Below are positions 32,956-42,966 of a stretch of 64,000 bases of DNA, piece after piece. Position numbers and translations under genes: made by a program. Source of the stretch: Microcella sp. (lineage in GTDB: Bacteria; Actinomycetota; Actinomycetes; Actinomycetales; Microbacteriaceae). Under the pieces are notes generated by a model that was not told the origin of the DNA, did not search any database, and saw only the letters and a list, made by a program, of their open reading frames with translations. The stretch is from the NCBI RefSeq assembly GCF_040286215.1, contig NZ_JAVKCK010000029.1, positions 25,879-89,878 on the forward strand. Reading direction: 5' to 3'. Positions within the stretch are counted from its first letter, which is position 1. Each line of letters starts with the position of its first letter.

Positions 32956-34668
32956 ATGTCTCACGAGAACACCGCGACCTCCACCCTGCCCACCGGGCAC
33001 CCCCGCGAGCTGGCTTCTGCTCCGGGCTCCGAGTGGTGGCGCTCCGCCGTCATCTACCAGATCTACCCGCGGTCGTTCGCCGACGCCTCGGGCGACGGCA
33101 TCGGCGACCTCGCCGGCATCACCCAGCGACTCGAATCGCTCGCGAACCTCGGCGTCGACGCCGTCTGGCTCTCGCCCTTCTTCCGCTCGCCGCAGAAGGA
33201 CGCCGGCTACGACGTTTCCGACTACTGCAACGTCGACCCCATCTTCGGCACCCTCGACGACTTCGACGCACTGCGCGACCGCGCCCACGAGCTGGGCCTG
33301 CGCGTCATCGTCGACCTTGTGCCCAACCACTGCTCGAGCGAGCACGAGTGGTTTCAGGAGGCGATGGCCGCCGGCCCCGGCTCGCCCGAGCGCGACCGCT
33401 TCATCTTCCGCCCCGGGACGGGTGAGAGCGGCGAGCTGCCGCCCAACAACTGGCACTCTATGTTCGGCGGCCCCGCCTGGACGCGCACGACCAACGCCGA
33501 CGGCACGCCCGGCGACTGGTATCTGCACCTGTTCGACAGCACGCAGCCCGACTTCGACTGGACGAACCCGTGGGTGTGGGAGCAGTTCCGGCAGATTCTG
33601 CGCTTCTGGCTCGACCGCGGCGTCGACGGCTTCCGCGTCGACGTTGCCCACGGGCTGATGAAGGCCGAGGGCCTGCCCGACATCGACGAGGTCGACGAGG
33701 CCGACAGCGAGCTCGCCGAGGGCCTCATGGGCTCCCTCGAGGTGCCCTACTGGGGTCAGGAGACCGTGCACGCCGTCTACCGCGACTGGCACGCCGTGCT
33801 CGCCGAGTACGAGGGCGACCGCGTGCTGTGCGCCGAGGCCTGGGTCGAACCCCTCGCGAAGGCGGCCCTGTGGGTGCGCCCCGACGAGATGCACCAGGCC
33901 TTCAACTTCTCGTACCTGGCCACCCCGTGGCTGGCGCCGCGTCTGCGCGACGTCATCACCGAGTCGCTCGAAGCGTTCACGGGCGTGGGCGCGCCGAGCA
34001 CGTGGGTGCTCTCCAACCATGACGTGGTGCGCCACGCAAGCCGGCTCGGCCTGGCTCCGTACTCTGCGGGCCCCGTCTCCGGCATCGGCCCGTCCTCACC
34101 GGAGAAGCCGGATGCCGCTCTCGGGCTGCACCGGGCGCGCGCGGCCACGGCCCTCATGCTGGCACTGCCGGGCAGCGCCTACCTCTACCAGGGCGAAGAG
34201 CTCGGCCTGCCGGAGGTCATCGAGCTCGACGACGACTACCGTCAGGATCCGTCGTTCCACCGCACCGCCGGCGAGGTCTACGGGCGCGACGGCTGCCGTG
34301 TTCCGATTCCGTGGGAGCCGGATGCTCCTGCCTTCGGCTTCAACACGACCGGGGAGAGCTGGTTGCCGCAGCCCGAGACGTTCGCGCAGTTCGCCCACTC
34401 GGCCCAGGCCGGGGTGGAGGGCTCGACGCTCGAGCTCTACCGCCGTGCGCTCGCGCTGCGCGCCGAGTACGGCTTCGGGCTGGGCGCTCTGACCTGGCTC
34501 GAGGGCTACGGCGACGACGTGATCGCGTTCCGCAACGGCGACGTCACCGTCATCGCGAACCTTGGCGACGCCCCGGTCGAGGTGCCCGCCGGCGAGGTCG
34601 TCCTGGCGAGCGATCCGCTGGATGCGGGAAGCATCCCGCGCGACACGACGGTGTGGGTCACCGCCTGA
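32956..34668 (+). CDS. glycoside hydrolase family 13 alpha-glucosidase (oligo-1,6-glucosidase/trehalose-6-P hydrolase-like)
   Basis: GH13 conserved regions DAVWLSPFF, GLRVIVDLVPNH, GVDGFRVDVAHG, CAEAWV, LSNHDVVRH. Confidence 0.92.
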   Translation: MSHENTATSTLPTGHPRELASAPGSEWWRSAVIYQIYPRSFADASGDGIGDLAGITQRLESLANLGVDAVWLSPFFRSPQKDAGYDVSDYCNVDPIFGTLDDFDALRDRAHELGLRVIVDLVPNHCSSEHEWFQEAMAAGPGSPERDRFIFRPGTGESGELPPNNWHSMFGGPAWTRTTNADGTPGDWYLHLFDSTQPDFDWTNPWVWEQFRQILRFWLDRGVDGFRVDVAHGLMKAEGLPDIDEVDEADSELAEGLMGSLEVPYWGQETVHAVYRDWHAVLAEYEGDRVLCAEAWVEPLAKAALWVRPDEMHQAFNFSYLATPWLAPRLRDVITESLEAFTGVGAPSTWVLSNHDVVRHASRLGLAPYSAGPVSGIGPSSPEKPDAALGLHRARAATALMLALPGSAYLYQGEELGLPEVIELDDDYRQDPSFHRTAGEVYGRDGCRVPIPWEPDAPAFGFNTTGESWLPQPETFAQFAHSAQAGVEGSTLELYRRALALRAEYGFGLGALTWLEGYGDDVIAFRNGDVTVIANLGDAPVEVPAGEVVLASDPLDAGSIPRDTTVWVTA

Positions 34669-34695
34669 GGCCACCGGCCTCCGTGCGCCCGGCGC

Positions 34696-35934
34696 TCAGC
34701 TCGCGTTGGTCGTGAGCCAGGCGAACGGGTCGATCGGAATGCCGTCGATCGCGATCTCGAGGTGCAGGTGCGGCCCCGTGGAGAGCCCCGAGCTGCCGAC
34801 GGTGCCGAGGAAGGTTCCCACCGGGATCTCCTGGCCCACTTCCAGCGGTGAGCTGTCCCACTCGAGGTGCGCGTAGAGGCTCTCGACGCTCTGCCCGTTG
34901 ATGACGTGCGCGATCTCGACGCGGTAGCCGTACGTCGTGTACGCGCCGACGCCCGTGACGACGCCATCGGCGATCGAGTACACGGGGGTGCCGCGGCCGG
35001 GTACGAGATCGAGACCTCGGTGGTAGGAGGAGCAGCCGAAGCACGGCGCGACGCGGTCGCCGAAGCCGGAGCTGATGGGCACCGTGTAGGGGAACGGCCA
35101 GCGCACGGCGCCCGTGCCGTTCGTCGAATAGGAGAAGTTGCGGGTTCCGTACTTGAGGCGCAGCATCTCGGCGTACGAGGTGACCGACCAGTCGTCGCGG
35201 CTGGCGGCGGGAGCGGCCACGTTCTCGGTCGCCGGCATCTCGAGCACCTGGTCCTCGACCATCTCGGGTGCGGGCTCGGGCGCGTCAGCCGCGGTCGACT
35301 CCAGTTCGTTGGTCGGCACGGCCGCGTAGGCCGCAGACGCGGGCGCGGCATCCGGATCGAAGAGGGCGCTGGGGTGTACGGACGTACCGATGAGGAGCGC
35401 TGCGGCGGCGGCCATGACGATGGGCGGGAAGGTCTTCTGGGCGACCCGCTTGCCGAGGCGTGTGCGGGTCGGGGCACCCGCGGTGGCGGTCGGGAGGCTG
35501 GCCGGGGTGCGCGGCGCGACGCTACGGCGCCCGCGTGACGACGCGGGATGCACGGGGCCGACCACCGCGGAAGGCTCGACGGCCGGATCGTCGACCGCCT
35601 CGAGCGGGGCGGTGGCGATGTCGGCAGGGTTGGCCGGGGTGGGAGGCGACGCCGGCGCGGCGGTGGCAGCACTCGCGTGGGCGCGAACCTCGGCGCGCCG
35701 ATCCGCGCGATTCGCGCTACGGCCACGGCGTCGAGAAGCCGCCTTCTCGGCTTCACGCAGTGCGCGACGGCTGAGCGGCGCGGGCGCGGCGGGGGTGACG
35801 TCGAGCGATACCTCCACCGGCTGCGTTGCCGGGGATTCCTCACCAAATGTGAAGCCCAGGGACTGCAACGTGTCGGGGAGGGCGGTGGCGTCCGTCTCGG
35901 GGGCGCTGTTCCGCGGCTGCAGATCGTCTGTCAC
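34696..35934 (-). CDS. M23 family metallopeptidase (peptidoglycan DD-endopeptidase-like)
   Basis: C-terminal LytM domain HRGLDLVPGRGTPVYSIADGVV...GSSGLSTGPHLHLEI. Long Pro/Ala-rich N-terminal part with one TM helix. The start is uncertain: GTG 35934 is chosen, but the ORF stays open to GTG 36039. Confidence 0.85.
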   Translation of the reverse strand: MTDDLQPRNSAPETDATALPDTLQSLGFTFGEESPATQPVEVSLDVTPAAPAPLSRRALREAEKAASRRRGRSANRADRRAEVRAHASAATAAPASPPTPANPADIATAPLEAVDDPAVEPSAVVGPVHPASSRGRRSVAPRTPASLPTATAGAPTRTRLGKRVAQKTFPPIVMAAAAALLIGTSVHPSALFDPDAAPASAAYAAVPTNELESTAADAPEPAPEMVEDQVLEMPATENVAAPAASRDDWSVTSYAEMLRLKYGTRNFSYSTNGTGAVRWPFPYTVPISSGFGDRVAPCFGCSSYHRGLDLVPGRGTPVYSIADGVVTGVGAYTTYGYRVEIAHVINGQSVESLYAHLEWDSSPLEVGQEIPVGTFLGTVGSSGLSTGPHLHLEIAIDGIPIDPFAWLTTNAS

Positions 35935-36115
35935 GGGTATCGGTAGGCCTTGATCACATCTCTGGTCGGGTTCTGGAACTCGAACGTGGGTGGACGACCG
36001 TCTCGAGAAGGAGACACGGTCAGGATCCGCGATTATCACGGATTGGTAAAGAGTAACCGGTTCGACGCGATTCGACCAGTCCGTGAATGCTCTTCGCAGG
36101 CGGCGCGCACCTGCC

Positions 36116-36934
36116 TCACACGCGCTCCGGCTCGCCCGCGGATGCCCTCAGCAGGAGCGGCTCGAGGAGCGCCGCCAACTCTGGGTGGGCCGCGAGCAGG
36201 AAGGCCGTGCTCGGCCGCGGCACCCCGAGCCCGCTCACGCGCGCGCCCGCCTCCTCGGCGATGAGCGCGCCGGCCGCGTGATCCCAGGGGTTGAGGGTGC
36301 GCTCGAAGTAGGCGTCGACGCGACCCGCGGCGACCGCGCAGAGGTCGAGCGAGGCGGTGCCCATGCGGCGGATGTCGCGCACGCGGGAGAGGAGCCGGGC
36401 GACGACGGCGCCCTGCTCGGCACGAATGCCGGCGTCATAGGAGAACCCGGTCGCGAGCAGGGTGCGCTCGAGCGAGTCGGGCTGCGCGACGCGCAGGCGC
36501 TGCTCGCCGAGGTACGCCCCCTCGCCGGCGGCGGCCGTGAACAGTTCGCCCGTCGCCGGGTTGATGACCGCGCCAGACAGGGCCGTCCAGCTCTGCGGGT
36601 CGGGCTCGCCCTCGACCACGGCGATGCTCACCGCGTAGTGCGGGATGCCGTAGAGAAAGTTGACGGTGCCGTCGATCGGGTCGACGACCCAGGTGAGGCC
36701 GCTCGTGCCGCCTCCTCCCCCCGACTCCTCGCCGAGGAACGCGTCGTCGGGCCGCACCTCCAGCAGCCGGCCGCGGATGAACGACTCGGTGTCGCGGTCG
36801 ACCTGCGTGACGACATCCACCGATGAGGACTTCACGTCGGCGACCTCGACGATGCCGCGGCGTGCTTCCGCAACCCGCTCGGCGGCCTCGACGGCGATGC
36901 CGCGGGCGATGGCGAGGAGCGAGGTGTCGGTCAT
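36116..36934 (-). CDS. inositol monophosphatase family protein (SuhB/ImpA/HisN-like)
   Basis: Motifs FLGEESG, WVVDPIDGTVNFLYG, GTASLDLCAVAAGRVDAYFE. The ATG lies 3 nt after the tRNA-Tyr discriminator base. Confidence 0.9.
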   Translation of the reverse strand: MTDTSLLAIARGIAVEAAERVAEARRGIVEVADVKSSSVDVVTQVDRDTESFIRGRLLEVRPDDAFLGEESGGGGGTSGLTWVVDPIDGTVNFLYGIPHYAVSIAVVEGEPDPQSWTALSGAVINPATGELFTAAAGEGAYLGEQRLRVAQPDSLERTLLATGFSYDAGIRAEQGAVVARLLSRVRDIRRMGTASLDLCAVAAGRVDAYFERTLNPWDHAAGALIAEEAGARVSGLGVPRPSTAFLLAAHPELAALLEPLLLRASAGEPERV

Positions 36935-36937
36935 GGG

Positions 36938-37019
36938 TGGCGAGTGAGGGATTCGAACCCCCGAAGGCTGAGCCGTCTGATTTACAGTCAGATCCCTTTG
37001 GCCGCTAGGGTAACTCGCC
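36938..37019 (-). tRNA. tRNA-Tyr (anticodon GTA, long variable arm)
   Basis: Reverse strand GGCGAGTTACCCTAGCGGCCAAAGGGATCTGACTGTAAATCAGACGGCTCAGCCTTCGGGGGTTCGAATCCCTCACTCGCCA. It aligns arm by arm with E. coli tRNA-Tyr as I remember it. Confidence 0.92.
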
Positions 37020-37110
37020 GGGTGCGCGCCCGACCGATGTCGTCACCGAGCGGAAGCGCGAGACAAGGATACAAGAGGTACGACCCTCACGTGACCATCG
37101 CTCCGCGCGG

Positions 37111-37890
37111 TCACGGCACCGCCTGGGCGGCTGCCCGCGCGTAGAGCGCCGAGCGGGTCGCGACGGCGTCGAGGTAGCTGCTGGCCGAGTTGTACGCGGC
37201 GATGCCGGCACGCCACGAGGCCTCGTCGCCGAGCGTGGGCGTGGCGCGGCACAGGTAGTTGGCGGCGGCGAGCGCCGCATCATCGATGTTGTGCGGGTCG
37301 GCGACGCCGTCGCCGCTGCCGTCGACGAACCAGTTGGCCCAGCTGCCGGGGATGAACTGCATGGGCCCGACGGCGCGGTCGAACTCGGCGTCGCCGTCGA
37401 TCGCGCCGCCGTCGGTGTCGGGGATGAGCGCGGTCGTCGACCCGTCGAGGGCGATGCCGATGATGGGTGGGCTCACGGTTCCGTCCTCCGCGAGGGATGC
37501 TCCGCCGTAGCTGCCGTGCCGCGACTCGACCCAGCCGATGCCAGCGAGCGTGTTCCAGCCGAGGTCGCAGTCGGGGCGCTCGCTCCGCTTCGCGATCGCG
37601 GCGCCCGCGTAGGCGGCGAGCGCCCGCTCGGGTATGCCCGTCTCGGCCGCGACGGCGGCGGTCCAGTCCGCGTCGGGGCGGCCCGCAATCCCGGCACGGG
37701 TGCGCTCGGAGGCTGCGGGCGGCACCGCTGCCGGCTCCGCCCAGCGCGGCGCTGGCTCGGCGCTCTGCTCGAGCGCAGCATCCGGAGCGGGCTGCGGCGC
37801 CGGGCGCAGAAGCAGCAGCACGAGCGCTGCGATGACGACCCCGCCCAGGGTGAGCCCGATCATGAGTCGGGCGATCGCGGGAAGGCTCAT
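37111..37890 (-). CDS. lytic transglycosylase domain-containing protein
   Basis: N-terminal TM helix. ...[20 protein letters not shown]...[13 protein letters not shown]... (catalytic Glu-Ser and MQF motifs). Confidence 0.87.
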   Translation of the reverse strand: MSLPAIARLMIGLTLGGVVIAALVLLLLRPAPQPAPDAALEQSAEPAPRWAEPAAVPPAASERTRAGIAGRPDADWTAAVAAETGIPERALAAYAGAAIAKRSERPDCDLGWNTLAGIGWVESRHGSYGGASLAEDGTVSPPIIGIALDGSTTALIPDTDGGAIDGDAEFDRAVGPMQFIPGSWANWFVDGSGDGVADPHNIDDAALAAANYLCRATPTLGDEASWRAGIAAYNSASSYLDAVATRSALYARAAAQAVP

Positions 37891-37893
37891 GGC

Positions 37894-37899
37894 TACGAT
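37894..37899 (+). promoter_or_regulatory. -10 box TACGAT, leaderless-type promoter of yajQ-like gene
   Basis: TACGAT-ggtcgc-ATG (6 nt), no RBS. Confidence 0.45.
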
Positions 37900-37905
37900 G
37901 GTCGC

Positions 37906-38394
37906 ATGGCTGATTCCTCATTCGACATCGTGAGCAAGGTCGACAAGATGGAGGCGGAGAACGCCGTCAACCAGGCGCAGAAGGAGATTGCGCAGCGCTA
38001 CGACTTCAAAGGCGTGGGCGCGTCGATCGAGTGGAGCGGCGAGAAGCTGCTGCTCAAGGCCAGCGCCGAGGAGCGCGTCAAGGCCGTGCTGGAGGTGCTC
38101 GAGGCGAAGATGATCAAGCGCGGCATCGGCATCCGCAGCCTCGATGAGGGCGAGCCGTATGCGAGCGGCAAGGAGTTCCGCATCGAGGTGGGCTTGAAGA
38201 ACGGCATCTCGAGCGAGGACGCGAAGAAGATCGCGAAGATCATCCGCGACGAGGGGCCGAAGAGCGTCAAGAGCCAGATCCAGGGCGATGAGCTGCGCGT
38301 GCAGTCGAAGAGCCGCGACGACCTGCAGTCGGTCATCGCGCTGCTCAAGGGCAAAGACCTCGACGTCGCGCTGCAGTTCGTCAACATGCGCTGA
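37906..38394 (+). CDS. YajQ family (UPF0234) nucleotide/cyclic-di-GMP-binding protein
   Basis: Track ORF trimmed to ATG 37906. [36 protein letters not shown]... Confidence 0.9.
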   Translation: MADSSFDIVSKVDKMEAENAVNQAQKEIAQRYDFKGVGASIEWSGEKLLLKASAEERVKAVLEVLEAKMIKRGIGIRSLDEGEPYASGKEFRIEVGLKNGISSEDAKKIAKIIRDEGPKSVKSQIQGDELRVQSKSRDDLQSVIALLKGKDLDVALQFVNMR

Positions 38395-38419
38395 CCAGCC
38401 ACGCGTCGAGCGGCCTCAC

Positions 38420-38425
38420 TAGACT
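38420..38425 (+). promoter_or_regulatory. -10 box TAGACT, leaderless-type promoter of cls
   Basis: TAGACT-gcggcc-ATG (6 nt). The 11-mer TAGACTGCGG(g/c) is nearly identical to the one at 22972. Confidence 0.5.
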
Positions 38426-38431
38426 GCGGCC

Positions 38432-39919
38432 ATGAGCGACCAGATCACGGTCAGCGGCGCCGGAGCGATCATCGTCGCCGTGATTCTGGGACTGCTGCTG
38501 TTGACGATCGTCATCATCGCGGTCGTATCGCTCGCCATCGTGCCGCGGAACCGTCGGCCTCAGAGCGCACTCGCGTGGCTGCTGCTCATCTACATCCTGC
38601 CGATCATCGGCTTCCTGCTCTTCCTCACCCTGGGCTCACGGCGGTTGCCGAAGCGGCGGCGCGAGAAGCAGGTGGAGATCAACCAGTACATCATCGACAC
38701 CACCGCGGGCATGGATCAGGTGTCGACGAACGATCCGTGGCCGCCGTGGCTCATGCCGATCGCGCAGCTCAACCGCAACCTCGGGTCGATGCCGCTCGTG
38801 GGCGGCAACGCTGCCGAGCTGCTCACCGACTACAGCGCCTCGATCGCCGCGATGACGGAGGCGGTGGAGGAGGCGACGCGCTCGGTGCACGTCGAGTTCT
38901 ACATCATGTCGGTCGATGAGGAGACCGACGGCTTCTTCGACGCGCTCGGCCGCGCGGTCGAGCGCGGCGTCGAGGTGCGGGTGCTGTTCGATCACGTCGC
39001 CTCGCTGCGTGTGCGCGGGTACCGCCGCCTGCTGCGCCGCTTGGACGAGATCGGCGCACGGTGGCACCGGATGCTGCCCGTGCGCCCCTGGCTCGGCCAG
39101 TACCAGAGGCCCGACCTGCGCAACCACCGCAAGTTCCTCATCGTCGACGGCCGCGTCGCCTTCACGGGATCGCAGAACCTCATCGAGCGCACCTACCACC
39201 GTGGCCCGCACTGGTCGGGACGGCTGGAGTGGAAAGAGCTCATGGTGCGGTTCGAGGGGCCCATCGTCGCCGGTGTCGACGCGCTGTTCGCGACGGACTG
39301 GTACAGCGAGACCGATGAGCTGCTGCTGCGCGAGACGCCCGCCGTCGTCGAGGCCGACCCGACCCGCCTCCTCGACGCGCAGGTCGTGCCGAGCGGGCCG
39401 GCGTTTGAGGGCGAGAACAATCTGCGGCTGTTCAACTCTCTTCTGTACGCGGCCCAGGAGCAGATTCAGATCTGCTCGCCGTACTTCGTGCCCGACGAGT
39501 CGATGCTCTACGCGATCACGACGGCCGCGCAGAGCGGGTTGGACGTGCAGCTCTTCGTCTCGGAGATCGGCGACCAGCCGCTCGTCTTCCACGCTCAGCG
39601 CTCCTACTACGAGGAACTGCTGCGCGCGGGCGTGCGCATCTGGCTGTACCGCGCGCCGACGGTGCTGCACGCGAAGCACTTCACGATCGACGACCAGGTG
39701 GCGGTGATCGGCTCGAGCAACATGGACATGCGCTCATTCAGCCTCAACCTGGAGGTGTCGGTCATGGTGCGCGGCGCGAGCATCATCAGCGAGCTGCGAT
39801 CGATCGAGCAGTCGTACCGCGACAACTCGCGCGAGCTGACGCTGGACGACTGGATGCGCCGCCCGCGCCACATGCGCATCTTCGACGACCTCGCGCGCGT
39901 GACCGCGACCGTGCAGTAG
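38432..39919 (+). CDS. cls: cardiolipin synthase (phospholipase D family)
   Basis: Two N-terminal TM helices. Two HKD motifs: HRKFLIVDGRVAFTGSQN and HAKHFTIDDQVAVIGSSN. Confidence 0.93.
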   Translation: MSDQITVSGAGAIIVAVILGLLLLTIVIIAVVSLAIVPRNRRPQSALAWLLLIYILPIIGFLLFLTLGSRRLPKRRREKQVEINQYIIDTTAGMDQVSTNDPWPPWLMPIAQLNRNLGSMPLVGGNAAELLTDYSASIAAMTEAVEEATRSVHVEFYIMSVDEETDGFFDALGRAVERGVEVRVLFDHVASLRVRGYRRLLRRLDEIGARWHRMLPVRPWLGQYQRPDLRNHRKFLIVDGRVAFTGSQNLIERTYHRGPHWSGRLEWKELMVRFEGPIVAGVDALFATDWYSETDELLLRETPAVVEADPTRLLDAQVVPSGPAFEGENNLRLFNSLLYAAQEQIQICSPYFVPDESMLYAITTAAQSGLDVQLFVSEIGDQPLVFHAQRSYYEELLRAGVRIWLYRAPTVLHAKHFTIDDQVAVIGSSNMDMRSFSLNLEVSVMVRGASIISELRSIEQSYRDNSRELTLDDWMRRPRHMRIFDDLARVTATVQ

Positions 39920-39939
39920 CGGGTCTCGCGCGACACGCG

Positions 39940-39945
39940 TACGGT
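39940..39945 (+). promoter_or_regulatory. -10 box TACGGT, leaderless-type promoter
   Basis: TACGGT-tcttgc-ATG (6 nt). Confidence 0.4.
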
Positions 39946-39951
39946 TCTTGC

Positions 39952-40362
39952 ATGACGCAGAAGACGCTGCCGACCGATGTGCCCGTGGAGGAGTTCTTCG
40001 CGACGTTGGACGCTCGGCGCAGTGCGGAAGGTGCCGAGCTCGTGGAGCTGTACCGCGCCGCCACGGGGGCGGAGCCTGTCATGTGGGGGCCGTCCATCGT
40101 CGGATTCGGCACGTACGCGTACACCTACGCGAGCGGCCATGAGGGCATCTGGCCGCGTACCGGGTTCTCGCCGCGCAAGGCGAAGCTCTCGCTCTACGGG
40201 CTCACAGAGCACCCCGACTCGCCCGCACTGCTGGAGCGCTTGGGGCCGCACACGGCGGCGGTCTCGTGCGTCTACGTCACGCGCCTTGCCGCCATCGATC
40301 TCGACGTGCTCCGCGAGCTGGTCGCCCTTGGCTGGACAGTGACCGCCGACTCCGCCGTCTGA
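39952..40362 (+). CDS. DUF1801 domain-containing protein (YdhG-like)
   Basis: 136 aa. ...VEEFFATLDARRSAEGAELVELYRAATGAEPVMWGPSIVGFGTYAY...KAKLSLYGL... Recognised from memory of the family pattern. Confidence 0.7.
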   Translation: MTQKTLPTDVPVEEFFATLDARRSAEGAELVELYRAATGAEPVMWGPSIVGFGTYAYTYASGHEGIWPRTGFSPRKAKLSLYGLTEHPDSPALLERLGPHTAAVSCVYVTRLAAIDLDVLRELVALGWTVTADSAV

Positions 40363-40465
40363 CCGCTCCGCCGCCACCAGGCTGCTCGTCGTGCCTGAAT
40401 TCTTCACCGTCGAGGACTGCATCGCCGTGCCGCGAAGCAGCGCCACGGACTTCTGACGGGGATGC

Positions 40466-41815
40466 TCAGTCGCGCGAGATGCGGATCATCTCGTCGCGCG
40501 GCACGACCTTGATGCGCTCACGACCCTGGTTCTGCCCGAGTGCCACCTCGTGGGCATCGAGGCGGTGCCAGCCGTCGAGGTTCGTGTACAGCACACCGCG
40601 GCCGTCCAGGAGGTCGGTCACGGCCTGCTCTTCCGGCTCCGCCGGCGTCCACCACGAACTCTGATCCTTCACCAGGTGCTGGATCGTCTCCATCGCATCG
40701 CTCTTCGTGTGGCCGATCAACCCGACCGGGCCGCGCTTGATCCAACCCGTCGCGTAGACACCGGGCACCTTATTGTTGCCGTCGGCGAGCACCTGACCCT
40801 CGTGGTTCGGAATCACACCGTGACGCTCGTCGAAAGGGATGCCCTCCAGCGGCGACCCGAAATACCCCACCGCGCGATACAGAGCCTGCACCTCGACCTC
40901 GCGAAACTCACCCGTGCCGCGCACGCCGCCCTGACCGTCCGGCTCCGTGCGCTCGTAGCGGAAGCCGCTCACCGCTCCGTCCGTCGTCAGCACCTCGACC
41001 GGGCGAGCGTAGAAGTGCAGGTGAAGACGCCGGGACGCCGTGCCCGTCTCGCGGCTGCGCCACTGCGTGAAGATGCGATCAATGACCGTCAGCTGCTTGT
41101 TCGACGTGATGGCGTCACGGGAGGCCGCGTCGTAGTCGAAGTCCTCCTCGTGCACGATCATGTCCACATCGCGCAGCTCCCCCAGCTCCCGCAGCTCGAG
41201 CGGGGTGAACTTCACCTGCATCGGCCCGCGCCGGCCGAACACGTGCACGTCCGTCACCGGGGAGGCCTGCAGACCCGAGTAGACGTTGTCGGGCACCTCC
41301 GTCGGCAGCAGATCCTCCGGGTGCTTCGCGAGCATGCGCGCCACATCGAGCGCCACGTTGCCGTTGCCGATGACCGCCACCGACTGCGCCTCAAGCGGCC
41401 ACTCGCGCGGAACGTCAGGATGCCCGTCGTACCAGCTCACGAAGTCGGCCGCACCGTAGCTGCCCTGCGCGTCGATGCCGGGCAGCTCGAGCGCAGCATC
41501 CCGCACCGCGCCCGTCGAGAAGATCACCGCGTGGTAGTGACTCTTCAGGTCGTCCAGCCCGATGTCGACGCCGTACCGGACGTTGCCGAACACACGGATG
41601 TCGCCCGAATCGAGCACCTCCCGCAGCGCATGGACGATGCCCTTGATGCGCGGGTGATCGGGGGCCACTCCGTAGCGCACCAGGCCGTAGGGCGCGGGCA
41701 GCTGCTCGAACAGGTCGATCGAAACCTCGAACGCCCGCTCGTGCTTGAGAAGGATGTCGGCGGCGTAGATGCCGGCGGGGCCAGCGCCCACGATGGCGAG
41801 CCTGAGCTTGGTCAT
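40466..41815 (-). CDS. FAD-dependent ferredoxin-NADP+ reductase (FprA/adrenodoxin reductase type)
   Basis: Trimmed to ATG 41815. Dinucleotide fold LAIVGAGPAGIYAAD and a second NADP fold VAVIGNGNVALDVARML. About 449 aa. Confidence 0.87.
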   Translation of the reverse strand: MTKLRLAIVGAGPAGIYAADILLKHERAFEVSIDLFEQLPAPYGLVRYGVAPDHPRIKGIVHALREVLDSGDIRVFGNVRYGVDIGLDDLKSHYHAVIFSTGAVRDAALELPGIDAQGSYGAADFVSWYDGHPDVPREWPLEAQSVAVIGNGNVALDVARMLAKHPEDLLPTEVPDNVYSGLQASPVTDVHVFGRRGPMQVKFTPLELRELGELRDVDMIVHEEDFDYDAASRDAITSNKQLTVIDRIFTQWRSRETGTASRRLHLHFYARPVEVLTTDGAVSGFRYERTEPDGQGGVRGTGEFREVEVQALYRAVGYFGSPLEGIPFDERHGVIPNHEGQVLADGNNKVPGVYATGWIKRGPVGLIGHTKSDAMETIQHLVKDQSSWWTPAEPEEQAVTDLLDGRGVLYTNLDGWHRLDAHEVALGQNQGRERIKVVPRDEMIRISRD

Positions 41816-41870
41816 GAGAACGAGAGCACTTTCTGGATCGGCGGAGTCGGCGAAGCCACGAGGATCGAGA

Positions 41871-42935
41871 CTACTTGCTGCGGTCGACGACGGCTTCCGC
41901 GAACTTGGTGAGAGCCTTCGTGACCGGGCTCGGCGGCAGGGGGGCGAGCGCGGCGACCGCGTCATCGGCCCAGCGACGCGCCTCGTCGAGGGTCTCCTCC
42001 GTCACCGGGTGAGCGCGCAGCTCGGCGATCGCCGCGGCGAGCTCGGCCTCATCACCGCCGCCCACCACATGCCGCTCGATGCGGGCCAGCAGGTCGGCGG
42101 AACTCGGGTCGTTCTGCGCAACGCGCCGCAGGTACAGAAGCGGGAGCGTCGCCACCCCGCTGCGCAGGTCGGTGCCCTGCGCCTTGCCGGTCTCCGACTC
42201 CGGCTCGGCCAGGTCGATGACATCGTCGATGAGCTGGAAGGCCACGCCGATCTTCTCGCCGAACACGACCACCGGCTCGGCGTACTCCGCCGGTGCACCC
42301 GAGAAGATGACGCCCATCTGCGCGGCCGCCGAGATGAGCGACCCCGTCTTGTCTCTGAGAACCTGCAGGTAGTGCTCGATCGGGTCATCCTCGAGTCGAG
42401 GGCCGATCGTCTCGTGCAACTGACCCAGGCACAGCCTCTCGAACGTGTCGGCCTGCAGCTTGATCGCGCCCTCACCGAGGCTCGAGATGAGCTTGCTCGC
42501 GCGCGCGAAGAGCAGGTCGCCCGTGAGGATCGCCACCGAATTGCCCCACACGCTCTGCGCGCTCGGCACGCCCCGGCGCATCTCCGCCTCGTCCATGACG
42601 TCGTCGTGGTACAGCGACGCCAGGTGGGTGATCTCGATCGCCTGCGCGGCGGTGATCACCGCCGCATTGTTACCCTCGCCTAACTGGGCGGTGAGCAGCG
42701 TCAACACAGGACGGATGCGCTTGCCGCCCGCCTCCAGAAGATAGCGGGAGGCGACATCGGCCATGTCGTCGGCGAAGCTCACCTCGCGCAGCAGGCCGGC
42801 CTCCACCTCCGCGAGGCCCTCCTCGATCGCATCGGCGAAGCGACGCTCCTCGCTCGAGGCGAAGAGTTTCTCGCCGAGGCCGAGCGACGCGCTGAGCGTT
42901 TTGCTGCGGCGGGCGAGGGGAGTGCCGTGGGTCAC
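41871..42935 (-). CDS. polyprenyl diphosphate synthase (menaquinone side-chain, HepT/GrcC1-like)
   Basis: Two DDxxD motifs (LYHDDVMDEA, FQLIDDVID). Start set to GTG 42935, 32 nt after the menG stop, and it is uncertain. Confidence 0.88.
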   Translation of the reverse strand: MTHGTPLARRSKTLSASLGLGEKLFASSEERRFADAIEEGLAEVEAGLLREVSFADDMADVASRYLLEAGGKRIRPVLTLLTAQLGEGNNAAVITAAQAIEITHLASLYHDDVMDEAEMRRGVPSAQSVWGNSVAILTGDLLFARASKLISSLGEGAIKLQADTFERLCLGQLHETIGPRLEDDPIEHYLQVLRDKTGSLISAAAQMGVIFSGAPAEYAEPVVVFGEKIGVAFQLIDDVIDLAEPESETGKAQGTDLRSGVATLPLLYLRRVAQNDPSSADLLARIERHVVGGGDEAELAAAIAELRAHPVTEETLDEARRWADDAVAALAPLPPSPVTKALTKFAEAVVDRSK

Positions 42936-42966
42936 CGGATCTGCCGATCTGTCGAGAGGAAGGAGG

